Source of the DNA: the human T2T-CHM13v2.0 reference genome, Homo sapiens | Direction: 5' to 3' (one strand) | Length of the DNA stretch: 64,000 nt | NCBI RefSeq assembly: GCF_009914755.1 | Contig: NC_060936.1 | Shown here: piece by piece, positions 17,371 through 48,140 of the stretch | Layout: every line of letters starts with the position of its first letter | Numbering within the stretch: position 1 is the stretch's first letter | Position numbers and translations under genes: made by a program | The notes under the pieces: model-generated | The model's input: the letters and a program-made list of their open reading frames with translations, nothing else | Told to the model about the DNA's origin: nothing | Database searches by the model: none

Positions 17371-18334
17371 CTACAGAGAAAGAAAGAGAATATCACACCA
17401 CAGGCACCACTGTCAACACGCCTCGGGCGGCAGTCTCACATTTTCTACCCCGGTACTGGAAAAAGATAAAGATATCCAGGAAACCTAGCTACTTCTAAAC
17501 AGCCGTGCCCTTTCCTCACCAATCCCGGTCTGTCCCTTGGAGTCATTTCCGTGGGGGAATTTTCAGGTTTCCAAATGTTGACCCACATTCCTGCCGCAGT
17601 CCAGGGGATGGAGTCCTGTTAGCTCAACATTTCCTATCTGGTGTTGTTACCCAGCACGGTCTTTTAGCCCTCAGCCCTCAACTTTCCGAGGTTGTTCTGG
17701 ACCTTATCCTGTTTTTCTCTTTTAAGGGGAGGGGGTCATGTTTAAAGAGAATCCACTTCCTCCGCAGAGCCAGGCAATAACAGCTGAGTGATGAACACCA
17801 TTTTCAAAAAACCAACCCAGGCAAGACTTGCACAGTGGAAGGTGGCCAGGAATCAGGCCGTCTGTTTGTGGGTCTTGAAAGCTCTTGATGGTTCTCGAAA
17901 AGACTTAAACATTTGATACGAAACATCCTAGGCTATCGGTTTATTTATATAAATGCAAGAAAGAGATATTTAATATTTTCTGAAATCTAAAAGGCCACGA
18001 GTTTGGGCTCCAGAAGTACCTATGACTTATTTTTATTTTTTTTCTTTCAGAGAGCAAACTGAAAATAAGAAGGAAACACATACACACCCCCCAAACAACT
18101 CCGCACCGCTGGGACTTGGCATGTTTTTTATGTTGCACAGAGGCGCCCATTGAATGGGAAAGAGAAACCTGGAAAGCTGTGATGGCTGGGAGAGATGCAG
18201 GGCTGATCGAGGACAGAAATGAGGCAGGAGCCAAGGGCGAAGGAAAAAGGGTCCAGAGATAATGTAGGGAGGGGCCTGGGCAGCAAGGGACACCCACCAG
18301 GAGGTGGCAACTTCAACCAAGAATGAGTACACCA

Positions 18335-18665
<331 letters not shown>

Positions 18666-18806
18666 TTAAGATGAAGTACATACAAGATTCTGCAGAGGCA
18701 CCTACCCCACACTGAAGGAGAAGTGGAAAGAGCAGGGAAGGCTTCAATGACCACAAAACAAGTCACAAGAGCAACAAATTGACAAAGAGTATGTTGGGGT
18801 CTAACC

Positions 18807-18992
18807 CAGTGGTTCTCAATGCGGAGCAAGTTCTCTCAACAGGAGACATTGGAAGATGTCTGGAGGCATTTTTCTGGAGGTCACTACTGGCACCTAGTGG
18901 GTAGAGGACAGGATCCCACAACACACAGGATGGTCCCCCCACAAGAGAGAATGTTCTGGTCCCAAGTATCAACAGTGGGTTGAGAAACTCTG
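18807..18992. mobile_element. MER20-like hAT-Charlie DNA transposon
   Basis: Termini cagtggttctcaa ... ttgagaaactctg; internal atgtctggaggcattttt. Confidence 0.7.
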
Positions 18993-19789
18993 GTCCAATC
19001 CAAAAAAGTGCCTGGAGATCTGCCCATGAAAATTAGTCACTTTGAATGTTTCTCAGAAATAACAATGTTATGATCCATTCCTGAAAATTATTGATTTATC
19101 TATTCTTGTGCTCTGCCTGTTCACACAAAGGAACTGAGATAAGATTCACAGGAAAATGACATAAGTGACATAATCAAAGACTGGGAAAAAAAGAAAATTA
19201 AAAGAGAAAAGAGAGCCTTAGGACTGAGGGCTGTGATCCCCCGTTTCCCACGCCGGCAGCAGGCCTGGCTGTGTCAGGAAAGCACTGCCCTAAGTGTCTG
19301 ACTCATTATGAAGTTGCAATTTGAAGAGTGATGACGTGACTTGGGGGTACGGACTTCACAATCATTTAACTCTCGGTCACTCTCTGAGGTTCTCAGATGA
19401 AAGGCCATCTCAGGTCAGTTATTCCAGGGAAACTACATCTGCCAAGGAACACATGAAAGAGGTAATTCAGTCCTTTTAGATGAGCCAGGGCCCACACACA
19501 GGAAGCAACTCAAGCGAGGGCGGACCAGGGCAGAACCGGCCTGGCCTAGGTCTCCTGACCCCATACACACTTGCTGTCTCCATCCCACCTTGCTTCTCAC
19601 CTCAACACATCTGAACGAGGGCCTTGCCTTCGGGAAACATCCCAGCGCATTCAAAGCCAAGCAATGAATGCTGCAGCTTTGCTATGATCAAATAAAAGCT
19701 GCCTGAGTTTTACTTTATGTTTATCAGGGTCATTGGCACTTGGTAAAAATAATGCTTTATATAATAATTGAAAATGTATCTAGTAGACA

Positions 19790-20215
19790 CAACACAAATG
19801 TCCAACAAAATGTGGTACATCCATACAATGGAGTATTATACAGCCATGAAAAGGAATGAAGTACTGCCACATGCTACAATATGCATGAACTTTGAAAACG
19901 TGATGCTGAGTCAAAGAAGCCAGACACAAAAGGCCACACAGGGTGTGATTCCATTTATATAAAATGTCCAGAATAAGCAAATCCATAGATACAGAAAGTA
20001 GATTAGTGGTTGCCTAAGGTTAGGGAGAATGGGGCAGGGGGAGGCTGCAGGTGAGGGCTAACGGGTACAGGGTTCCTATTTTGGGGAGGATGAAAATGTT
20101 CTGGAATTAGATGGTGGTGGTTGCACAATCTCATGTATATACTAAAAACCACTGAATTGTACACTTTAAAATGGCAAATTTATGGTATGTAACTAAAAAA
20201 TAATAAGACCTTAAA
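19790..20215 (+). mobile_element. L1MB-like 3' end fragment
   Basis: aacaaaatgtggtacatccatacaatggagtattatacagccatgaaaaggaatgaagtactg...ccactgaattgtacactttaaaatgg. Confidence 0.85.
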
Positions 20216-21529
20216 ATGCGTAAGACAAGAACAGATTAGGTTGCAAGTAACTCTAGGAACATGGGGTTTTGAATCAGAAATCTGGGCTGACAGGTTCAGC
20301 CTGAAGCCAACCTCTCCCCTTACCTCACATAAACTTTTGTGATGAGAACCTGAGATTAAGTGCATAAATTGCCAGACAGCAGTGACCAGAACAGAAAACA
20401 GCCCCTCCTCGCTGTGGGAAGGAAAGGCGCTCCTGCAACCTAACTTCTCAGTAGCAGGCTATTGATCGCCAGTGTTCTTTTGCCTCTAATCAGCGTGTAG
20501 AGGGGGATTACTAGAACCTTCTGTGTATAGATAACTCATGAATGGCCTCTCCTCTCCAAGGAGGGGGCTGTGAAGGTTCAACTTCCCAGCCACTCTGAAA
20601 ATGTCCCTGCCAATCCCAGCAAAACAAGGCTGAAGAACTACCCTACCAGGAGACAGGGCTGTCAAGCCAAATGCAAACATTATTCTCTTGTCTCTCTCAG
20701 ACACACAAACCTCCCCCGTGTTATCAGTCAACTTCCCCCACTCCCTCCCACAAAGAAAGGGGCTGAAGAGCCCAGATGCTGGCTGCGGAACTTCCTGGGC
20801 CTGGGACCGCAGGGCCGCTCCTCCAGTCTTCTCTAAACACAGCTAAGGGTCTGCAGGCGGACACTCAGCCTTGTTATAGGTAAGAGTTTAGACCAGAGGC
20901 CTTGACGGGTTCTTCAAGAGATGGTGGGCAAGATTGCGCGACCAGAGGGTCATCCCTGCAGCTACAGAGGGCTGACCTGCTCAGAGGCCCAAGGCCCCAG
21001 CCTAGGACAAGCCAGGCCAACCCTGCAGGCTAAGAGGGCAACAGTGCCCTCAATCAACCCCAGAGGAAAAAGTGGCCAGGCAAACGGACCTGGGCCACAC
21101 ACAGACCCACAAAAACGCGCACAGTGCCAGGACACGCAACCCAGGAATGCACCTATGCAATCACCCAGAATGGGTCACAGCCACACAGAAAGATAGATGC
21201 ACATAAACACACAGGCCTGAGTGATGTTACAGAAAGGAAAAGCCAGACTAAGGCTGCACGCACAGACGTGAGACACAGCCACACAGAGCCCACAGCACGC
21301 TCGGTCACCGTCACACAGTGACACGGGCACGCCTACAGACAGAACTCCAGAGGCGGCAGGCGGGGAAACAATCTCACACGTTTGTAGGGGCACTCCCAGA
21401 TGCCTGTCTCACGCTGGCACAGTCCCCGGACGGCAGGTCAGCAACAGTCACATCTCACATCGCACAGCCAGGCATACAGGCAAAGGGCCTAGAACTACCC
21501 CGGCCACAGGTCTCAGAACCAGCGGCTCA

Positions 21530-21949
21530 CGCAGTCACCCAATCAAGGGTCCCAGTTGCACATCCAGTCACCCCTGGACCCTGGTCACACTGCAGAGTCA
21601 CTCACAAATGGGAGTCCCGACAGACGCACAGTCCTCCCCAGACAGAGGTCAACCCAAGATGGGGGTCACACCTGAAATCACAGTCCCCACACAATCACGA
21701 GGTCACATCTGCACACACAGTCTCTGCACAGTCACCCTTAGGGGTCACAACGCACACAGTCTCCGCCTAACAGGGGTCACCCCAAGATGGGGGTAACCCC
21801 CTGATGTGGGTCACAGCGCACACACAGTATCCTGCAGACACTCCCAGAGGGGTCGCACTGCATACACAGTCCCTGCAAAGTCGCCCCCCGATAGGGGTCA
21901 CACCGCACACAAAGTCCCCGCACAGCTCCCCAAGACAGGGTCACATCGC

Positions 21950-21975
<26 letters not shown>
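21530..21975. repeat. Degenerate tandem repeat (GGGTCACA...GCACACAGTC), period about 40-45 bp, in SSH1 intron 1
   Basis: Recurring gggtcac and cacacagtc motifs. Confidence 0.6.
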
Positions 21976-23070
<1,095 letters not shown>

Positions 23071-23699
23071 TCAATGAATTCTTTCTGGGTGTTCTGAAAC
23101 CCAGCCAACTCCTTGGAGGTCAGGGAAGGCTTCCCAGAAGAGCTTTATTCTGAGGCTTGGGCTTGAGCATAAGCAGGATTAACAGGTGAAAGAACAGAGA
23201 GACAGCTCTCCAAGCAGGGGGGATCAGCGTGCCCTGAAGCAGGAAGAAGTTTGTCAACCGGAGGCCAGCACTCAGGGAAGGGAAGAGGGGAGGAATGGCT
23301 GGAGTCTCCATCCTCTCTGGAAAGATCGCTCCGGCTGCTGCGTGGATGAGGGACCACGGGGCAGAGGGCTGAGGGAGACCAGGGAGGAGGCTGCTGCTGT
23401 TGTCCCGGGGAGAGGTGACCAGTTATGGGGATGGAGAGGGGAACATGGAATAAGATACCAAGAAGGCAATTCTGGCTTGACTTAGTAGTAGGAAACTTTT
23501 CTTTTAGCCAAAATCTCATCTCCCGGCTCCCACCCCCAACCTCTGCATGTTGCACAAGCACTCGCAAACGCAGTGGTCCCAGCCTGCCCCGCAGCTTAGC
23601 AAATTTGTCTTACTGCCCAACAGGAAACCCACGCAGCCTCCTGGATTCTTCCCCGTCCCTCCCTCTGTCCTGGGGCTGTGACCTCCTCCATGTTATTCA

Positions 23700-23960
23700 C
23701 AGGGTCTCAGCACGATTCATCTCAAAGGTGATTCTAGTGGGGGGCACTGTAGCTTCTACGGAGCGTTTCTAAGAGGGGATTTGTGGGAATGTTTGTGGTT
23801 GTCTTGCTGATGGAGGGGGAGAGCTCCTGGCATTTAGAGTGCAAGAGCCTTGGATGCTAAATGTCTTCCAATGCACTGGACAGTCTCCCCAACAAGAATT
23901 GCTCCATTCCCACAAAATGTTTCCTGGGTGAAAAACCCATTTATAGTAATTTGAAGCCAG
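23700..23960. mobile_element. MER20B-like DNA transposon remnant
   Basis: ctcctggcatttagagtgcaagagccttggatgctaaatgtcttccaatgcactggacagtc. Confidence 0.5.
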
Positions 23961-23992
23961 AACCTAACTCCATTTCATGCATCAACACTAGT

Positions 23993-24050
23993 CTTCCTTC
24001 CTTCCTTCCTTCCTTCCTTCCTTCCTGCCTTCCTTCCTTCCTTCCTCTCT
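23993..24050. repeat. (CCTT)n microsatellite
   Basis: Direct reading; forms the tail of an antisense Alu. Confidence 0.92.
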
Positions 24051-24059
24051 TTCTCTCAC

Positions 24060-24772
<713 letters not shown>

Positions 24773-25104
24773 TCATCCATCCTTAGGGAAAAGGAGGTAA
24801 TGGATGGCAACGCCTCTGCTAATATTAGAGCATCCCACACAAGGTGCCCACAACTGTAGCTGCACTCTAGGTAGACAGACAGTCATAGGTACTTAAATGT
24901 CAAATATAAGGGAAAATTGTGGACAAAATTCAGTTGAGTAGAGAATATTTTATTTCTCAAATCCAAGCACATTGATTATTGGCAGGCCCATGCTTCTGAG
25001 ATGCCCCTGTGTCCTCTCAGGGAGTAGTGGCTGAGCATTTCCACATTGTAATGCATGTTGTTTCATTATGATTTATTTTTCTTTTATGTCTCTCTTACAT
25101 TAGT

Positions 25105-25277
25105 TTTCAAATTTGAGAGTTTGAGAATCCCCTGGAGAAAATACAGATTGCTAGACCCCACCTCCCAGAGTTTCGAATTCACAAGGTTTGCTGTAGGGCT
25201 GGAAAATTTGCACGTCTAACAAATTCACAGGCAATGCTGATGCTTCTGTCTGGGGACGACAGTCTGAGAACTACTGC
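25105..25277. mobile_element. MER5A-like hAT-Charlie DNA transposon
   Basis: acagattgctagaccccacctcccagagttt...tctaacaaattcacaggcaatgctgatgct...tgagaactactg. Confidence 0.75.
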
Positions 25278-25809
25278 CTATACAAATGCAATGGCCTCTT
25301 CACCAAGAAATTCCTACCTAGATCTGATCCTGGTACCCGTCCGTGGCCCCCAATCCTAATCCCCCTGCTCTGGCCGGCCTGCTTTTCCACTCACCCCAAC
25401 TTTTTTGGAGGCAGTCTCCACCCCTTCTCACTTCCTCTTAGAGCTGAGAGCCCTTTTCTTCCCCACAACTAACTCTTGCTAGAAATCACCTCCAAAAAGC
25501 TTTCCCTGCCCCTTAAGCAGTGTCATTTCCAGGATCTCGTAGCCCTCACCCTACCCTTAAACACACAGCAAGTGTCAGTCTGCCTTATCATAATGGGTCC
25601 ATCTCTCTGTCTTGTCCCATTACCGTAGAGCCAGGAACGGTCCCTAAGAAAAGCCTCAGGAATCAGGCTGGGACCAGCGTGAGGGTGCAAAATGTAAGAG
25701 GGTGCCCCCAAAAACTCAATGATTAAGATAAATAGTATTTTAATGCAATATTTTAGAAAATCAAAATTAATGCCAAATCCATGATGAATAAAATATTTTT
25801 AAAATTTGC

Positions 25810-26794
<985 letters not shown>

Positions 26795-27429
26795 TCAGTC
26801 AGGGCAGGTCCCAAGAAGCCCTGAGCATGGAGGAGGGGAACAATCCAGTAGAGGCAGCTCTGAAGTTTTCTCCCATGCATTAGAGCCCTTTCCAATCAGT
26901 ATCATGATTTTTCATCATATAATAGTTTATTTAATCATCTTTGACCTCCTCCTTGTAGTCCCAGCTCACTTTTGTAACTAATAAAAAACAGTGAGTTATT
27001 GAGCTATTTGCTCTCTGCTAAGGCACAATGCAAAGTGCTTTGTGAGTGTGTGGGGGACATGATTTATTAACATGTGACTGTCCCCCCACTTATACTCCAA
27101 GATCACCTCCTCCAGGAAGCCTTCCTTGCCCCGTGGCTGGGTTAGGCACCCCTTCTCTGTGCTCCTACAGCCCCTGTGCATTAGTGACAATGGCATTGTG
27201 GATCTGCCCTAGGCCCATTTCTGGGTTGGGACACTTTAGGTACATTCATTCTTGTCACCCTGTGATTCTCATTTCATGGGTGAGGAAATTGATGCACAGA
27301 GTGGTTAAGGCACTGGCCCCAAGTTATGTAACTAAGGAGTGGTGAACCTGGTTCACCCATGTTTTTCTGCTTTAGAACTCAGGCAAAGACAGGTTCTTCC
27401 AGGACAGCCTCAGAAAGTGTTGGTGCAAA

Positions 27430-27523
27430 TTAGGTTGGTGCAAAAGTAATTGCGGTTTTTGTCATTTTTTTTTTTTTTTAATGGTGCAAAAGTAATTGCG
27501 GTTTTGTCATTAATGACCAACTA
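27430..27523 (+). mobile_element. MADE1 (Hsmar1-derived mariner MITE), rearranged
   Basis: ttaggttggtgcaaaagtaattgcggtttttgtcatt is the MADE1/Hsmar1 TIR; a second copy follows in direct orientation. Confidence 0.88.
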
Positions 27524-27536
27524 TTATAAGTAATAG

Positions 27537-29205
<1,669 letters not shown>

Positions 29206-29501
29206 AAACTCAACCTCCATTTGGGCTTTAAAAAACATATCATTATAATGCCATTACCCAGTATATTCCAGGTGCTTCCCAAGCGTTGTGTCATTTTCTC
29301 ATTCACTCAACTCATCCAATAAACTATGTTTGTTGCTCTCCTGGGCACTAGTCTAGGAATCTGGGTTCCATCAGTGAACAAAATGGAATCACTGCCCTTG
29401 AAGAGCATTCAATCAAGTGGGAAATATAGTAAAAATATATATATATGCAAATATGTTTAAAATCATATGTGGTAAATATATTGCATTTAAATGAATTAAT
29501 A

Positions 29502-30730
<1,229 letters not shown>

Positions 30731-30826
30731 TGGTAGTGCTGACCTCAGAGCTTGGTTGTGTCAATTGAACAGCATACTATGCAGGAAAGGCAGAGCGTGC
30801 TGTCCTATTTACTAATAGTACCTAAG

Positions 30827-31572
<746 letters not shown>

Positions 31573-32049
31573 ACATGATCATTTCATCAGCTGCAGAAAA
31601 TGAGGCTCAGAGCAAGGCTAGGGTTTGAACCCAGGCCAACTAGACCCCAGACCACATACATGGGTTGTTGGCCTTTCTAGCCTGGGAGGTGACAGTTTGG
31701 ATGTTCCACTATTTGCAGGGAACGGTGTTCAGAGGACTCAAAGCTTCTGCCACCTGGGCCAGGGTGTCCAGTGTTAGATATGGAAGTCAGGTATCTGGGG
31801 CTTCTGACGAAGCATCTCTCTGGGTGGGTCAATAGGCACCAGCAGCCAGGCAGTTGAGGGATCTCTGCCCCTGTGCGGAGTTGGCTGAAGCCTCCCTTCC
31901 TCTACCCATCCCTTCATTTAACCTGCTTGCCAGATCAAGGTGTTCCCTGGCCTCTGCCAGGGGTGTATTCACCTGAATTTGCCTTTTATTCACTATGATC
32001 ACAAGCAACACACTGACCCTTGCTGGGCCTCAGAATCTCAACTCTTGGT

Positions 32050-32340
32050 GGGGTGCGGTGGCCCATGCTGGTAATCCCAGCACTGGGAGGCCAAGGTGGG
32101 TGAATCACTTGAGGCCACGAGTTAGAGACCAGCCTGGCCAACATGGCAAAAACCTGTCTCTACTAAAAATACAAAAATTAGCCAGGCATGGTGGCATGCA
32201 CCTGTAGTCCCAGCTACTCAGGAGGCTGATGCACAAGAATCACTTGAATCCAGGAGATGGAGGTTGCAATGAGCCAAGATCACACCACTGCACTCCAGCC
32301 TGGGTGACGGAGTGAGACTCTGTCTCAAAAAACAAACAAA
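32050..32340 (+). mobile_element. Alu
   Basis: TSD agaatctcaactctt. Confidence 0.9.
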
Positions 32341-32429
32341 AGAATCTCAACTCTTAATATGGAATGATTAATGTCCTATAAGAAAGCATTGGTTAGATCA
32401 ATTGGGTATATGCATGTGATATCCCTCCT

Positions 32430-33283
<854 letters not shown>

Positions 33284-33842
33284 TTTTATATGCTGCCATA
33301 AAAATATTATAAAACCATGCACTAGTACAGAAAGATTTTTATAAAATATTAAGTGGAAGAAAAGAAAAGCAGGCCACCAAACAGCGTAGGACAGTAGACC
33401 CCATTTTTGAAAGAAAAATGTGAAGAGTTAAAAAACTCTACCAAAAGGGGAAAAAAAAGAGGGCATCAATGGAGAGATGGAGAAGCTTTGTTTTTGGATG
33501 GGAAAACTCAGTATGGTAGAGTTAACAACCTCTCGAAATTAAATTAAATGGAAATGCTATTGAAATCCCAACTTGATTCTTTTGAGTGTAGGGATCTTTA
33601 CAACAGATAACTGGACAAGCTAACATTTATTGGGTATATATGTGCGTTGCATCACGTGACAGTCACTGTTTCATCTTAATTCCACCATAGGAGAAAGTCC
33701 CTCTTTATTTAATTTTTCTGAGAGTAAAGTACTGCTATTACCTGTTCCCCTTCCCATTTTACTTAGGAGGTTTCAAGAGGGGACTTGTCTGAGATCCTGG
33801 AAACCGTGGAGGTGAGATGACATCAAGCATGTTTGATATTTA

Positions 33843-35782
<1,940 letters not shown>

Positions 35783-35943
35783 TCATAAAGGACGAAAAAA
35801 AAAAGGAAATAGATTTAACTACAAAAAAGTTTTTGTTTTGCTTTTGTTTTTTTAGAGTTAGAGTCTTGTTCTTTTTCCCAGGCTGGTACAATCATAGCTC
35901 ACTGCCACCTTGAACTCTTGGGCTCAAGCAATCCTCCTGCCTC

Positions 35944-36946
<1,003 letters not shown>

Positions 36947-37083
36947 CCTCAGCCTCCTGAGTAGCTGGGATTACAAATGCAAGCCACAGCTAAAAAAATT
37001 TTCAAACCTTTGTAGGACAGACAAATTGGGGAAAACATTTGCAACAAAGGGATGATACACATACATATAAAGAGTTCTTTCAA

Positions 37084-39920
<2,837 letters not shown>

Positions 39921-39922
39921 AG

Positions 39923-39924
<2 letters not shown>

Positions 39925-39975
<51 letters not shown>
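39925..39975. repeat. (CA)n microsatellite, about 25 units
   Basis: Direct reading. Confidence 0.95.
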
Positions 39976-39978
<3 letters not shown>

Positions 39979-40072
39979 GGTGTCCTGGAATCTATTTCCT
40001 AGATCTGGCAACCCTAACCTAGTTCACATTTGGGCCTCTGCTTCCAGGCAGTGTGACTATAAGCACAGTCTG

Positions 40073-40244
40073 TCTTTCCTTTTTTCTTTGTCTCACCCTC
40101 TTTCTTCTTCTTTCCTTCTTCCCTCCTTGCCTGCCTGCTTTCTCCTTCTTTCATTTTTCTTCCTCCCTTTCCTCCCCTCCACTCCCTCCTCCTTCCTTCC
40201 TTTATTCCTTACTTCCTCTCTCCTTTTCTCTCTCTCTTTCTTCC

Positions 40245-40245
<1 letters not shown>
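40073..40245. repeat. CT-rich polypyrimidine low-complexity tract
   Basis: Direct reading; tail of the adjacent antisense L1. Confidence 0.85.
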
Positions 40246-42400
<2,155 letters not shown>

Positions 42401-42430
42401 GTGGATGCTGGAGCAAGTTTCTGAATTTCA

Positions 42431-44001
<1,571 letters not shown>

Positions 44002-44770
44002 GACCCTCTTTTAAAAAAGGAAAAAATACTATGCAGTGAGTATTTTGCATGCATTTTCTTATTTCATCTTCGTCTTTTTATTTGATGATACTAAAGGCAG
44101 GTGTTAGAGGCTGGATTGCTAAAGCTGACCCAAAGAATGCCTCCCTCAGGGCTGGTTGGTCCCTCTCTCTCAGGCCTCAGTCTTCCCATCTGTACAGTGA
44201 GGTGCCTGCAGATCTCTGGGCTCTAAAAATCACAGCTCCATGTTTATCCCTGGCAGAGGAAGGGCCTGGAGTCCTGCTGCTTGCGTCTCTGGGATACGGG
44301 AGCAAAGAGCCACGCATCCTCATGGCCCACACAGGCGTCACCTCCAGTCTCTCCTTGGCCTCATCTCCCCAGCGTCCTGGAATGGCATCGGGCTGGCCCA
44401 GGGAGCCCCTGTCCTGTGCCTCTCCTTTCCCCTCAGGGGCTGCCAGGCTGACCACCCCCACCGCAGGCCAGGCCTACAGTGCCCCATGGAACGTCCTGAC
44501 CCTCCCCCAGGGTGGCAGCAGGAAGAAGGAAGAAAGGGGATCCTCTCCAGCTGGCCAGAGAGACAGACCTTCTTGTGCTCATCAACCCTCCAAGAATGCC
44601 TGCCCTCCCTCCTTCCCCCAAGGCCTGTCCACAGGGGCTTGAGATCAGCCAGAAAAGTCAGGCAACTTTTCAGGGACTGGGAGCGAGGTCTCCCGGCCGG
44701 GCCTGGGTCCAGTCTCTGTGGGCAGTGCAGTGCCGAGCCCCACCCCTCAAGCCGTGCCCTGTCCATAGCT

Positions 44771-44785
44771 CCAGACTTTGACCCT
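44771..44785 (-). promoter_or_regulatory. DAO: HNF4-type DR1 element next to the DAO start site
   Basis: Minus strand AGGGTCAAAGTCTGG = GGGTCA-A-AGTCTG with the CAAAGTC core; fits kidney/liver expression of DAO. Confidence 0.6.
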
Positions 44786-44918
44786 GCACTCCAGTCCGGG
44801 CTGGCGGACAGAGGGCTGGAAACAAGACGCTCCAGAATCAGGAGCTTCCCCTCAGGAAATAGCATCCTGTGTCCCCGCACTGCAGTTGTCTGGTCTCTCC
44901 AGCAGTTTGGTACTTCCG
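44786..44918 (+). other. DAO: DAO non-coding exon 1 (5' UTR)
   Basis: Matches the DAO mRNA leader as recalled (...CAGCAGTTTGGTACTTCCG|GCTGCTGCAATG); donor CCG|gtgagt; no ATG; start position approximate. Confidence 0.85.
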
Positions 44919-45855
44919 GTGAGTGGCAGATGCACCTTTGAGCTGGGGACAGGGGTTGGGAGAGGGGAGAGGCAAAGGATTTCATGTCCTCCCAATGTCA
45001 AAGACAGGGCTCAACATTACAGCCTAAGGCAGGTGACAGGAAAGGAGAGATCCAGCCTCTCAAACATCCAGCAGAGAGACCATAGGTAAGTGATTTTTCC
45101 CTCCCCAAGCCTCAGTTTCTTCACCTGGAACATGGGGATCATAACTCCCCTCTTACAGCGTGAGTCTGAGTGTTAAAAGAGGTGGTGCATGTAAAGTGCT
45201 TAGAGCAGATCTAGGCACATAGCAAGTACTCAAATGGTAGTTATTATTATTTTTGGTGGGGGAGTTGGTAGGCTGGTTCTCAAACTTTTATAGCTTCTGT
45301 TCCATTTCAAGGATAAACTCTGCAAATAACTTCATGAGAAGTAGCCGTGTGGTGCAACCAGGGAGAACTAATTATGTTCATTCAAATGCCTCATCTCTGG
45401 CTTACTGATTTTTTTTTTTAAAAAGAAGTCTTTCATATTCTTTGCTATGGGCACATAGCAATCAAAGGCATCAGCTGTCTCAGATTGCCTTCTAGGGGAC
45501 AAGGGAGGTCCTAGGCAGATAAATGCAAGACTGAAAGACAAGCAGAAAGCATCAAGTGGCAACTGCATGCCAACTGCCTAAATATTTTTTTGGAGCAGTG
45601 CAGAAAGCGCCGATAGAACTGGGTCTAGGTCCGAATGCTGTCCCATACTGACTGCGTAACCTTGGGTGGGTGACTTCTCCTCCCTAAACCTCAGTCCCAG
45701 CCTCCAGAATGAGGGCGGTAACCTTCCCTACTTCCTAGAGCAGTTGAGAGGATTGAGAGGATTATGTCGGTACTGCATCTACAGGTGTCTGGCAAGTGGC
45801 AGAGACCAAAATACATTGGTTCCCTTCCTGCTCCACACTTACACAGACATTCTAA

Positions 45856-45857
<2 letters not shown>

Positions 45858-45896
<39 letters not shown>
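45858..45896. repeat. (CA)n microsatellite in DAO intron 1
   Basis: Direct reading. Confidence 0.95.
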
Positions 45897-45898
<2 letters not shown>

Positions 45899-46169
45899 TA
45901 TAATAATCCCAGCTGTTTGCATCTTCTGGGATACATACTCCAAGCTTGCTGGGTTGAAGTAATGATGTAAAACAGAGGAGAACGGCAACACTAATAAAAA
46001 CATCAGCAACAACACGAAAATGTCCAACCGAATAACTGAGCTGGGTGCGTTTAAGTCCAAAAGCTCATTACCTACACGCATGAATGATTTTACCTAAGGC
46101 TGGATCTGCCACATCTGACAATCTGTCTCTGGCTTGTCATGAGGACCTCATGCATTTATTTTGTATTTT

Positions 46170-46172
<3 letters not shown>

Positions 46173-46200
<28 letters not shown>
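46173..46200. repeat. (AC)n microsatellite in DAO intron 1
   Basis: Direct reading. Confidence 0.95.
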
Positions 46201-46201
<1 letters not shown>

Positions 46202-46289
46202 TTGCTATAATCAGTGTCAACTTTGACTCATATCTTGAATTTTTTTAAAAAAAGATAATTGACTTAGGACTCACACTTTTTTCCTTTTA

Positions 46290-48140
<1,851 letters not shown>

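Noticed and set aside
44049-44985. Overlapping ORFs of 197-233 aa across the DAO promoter
   Set aside because: GC-rich promoter sequence open on both strands with no recognisable product; starts lie upstream of the DAO transcription start
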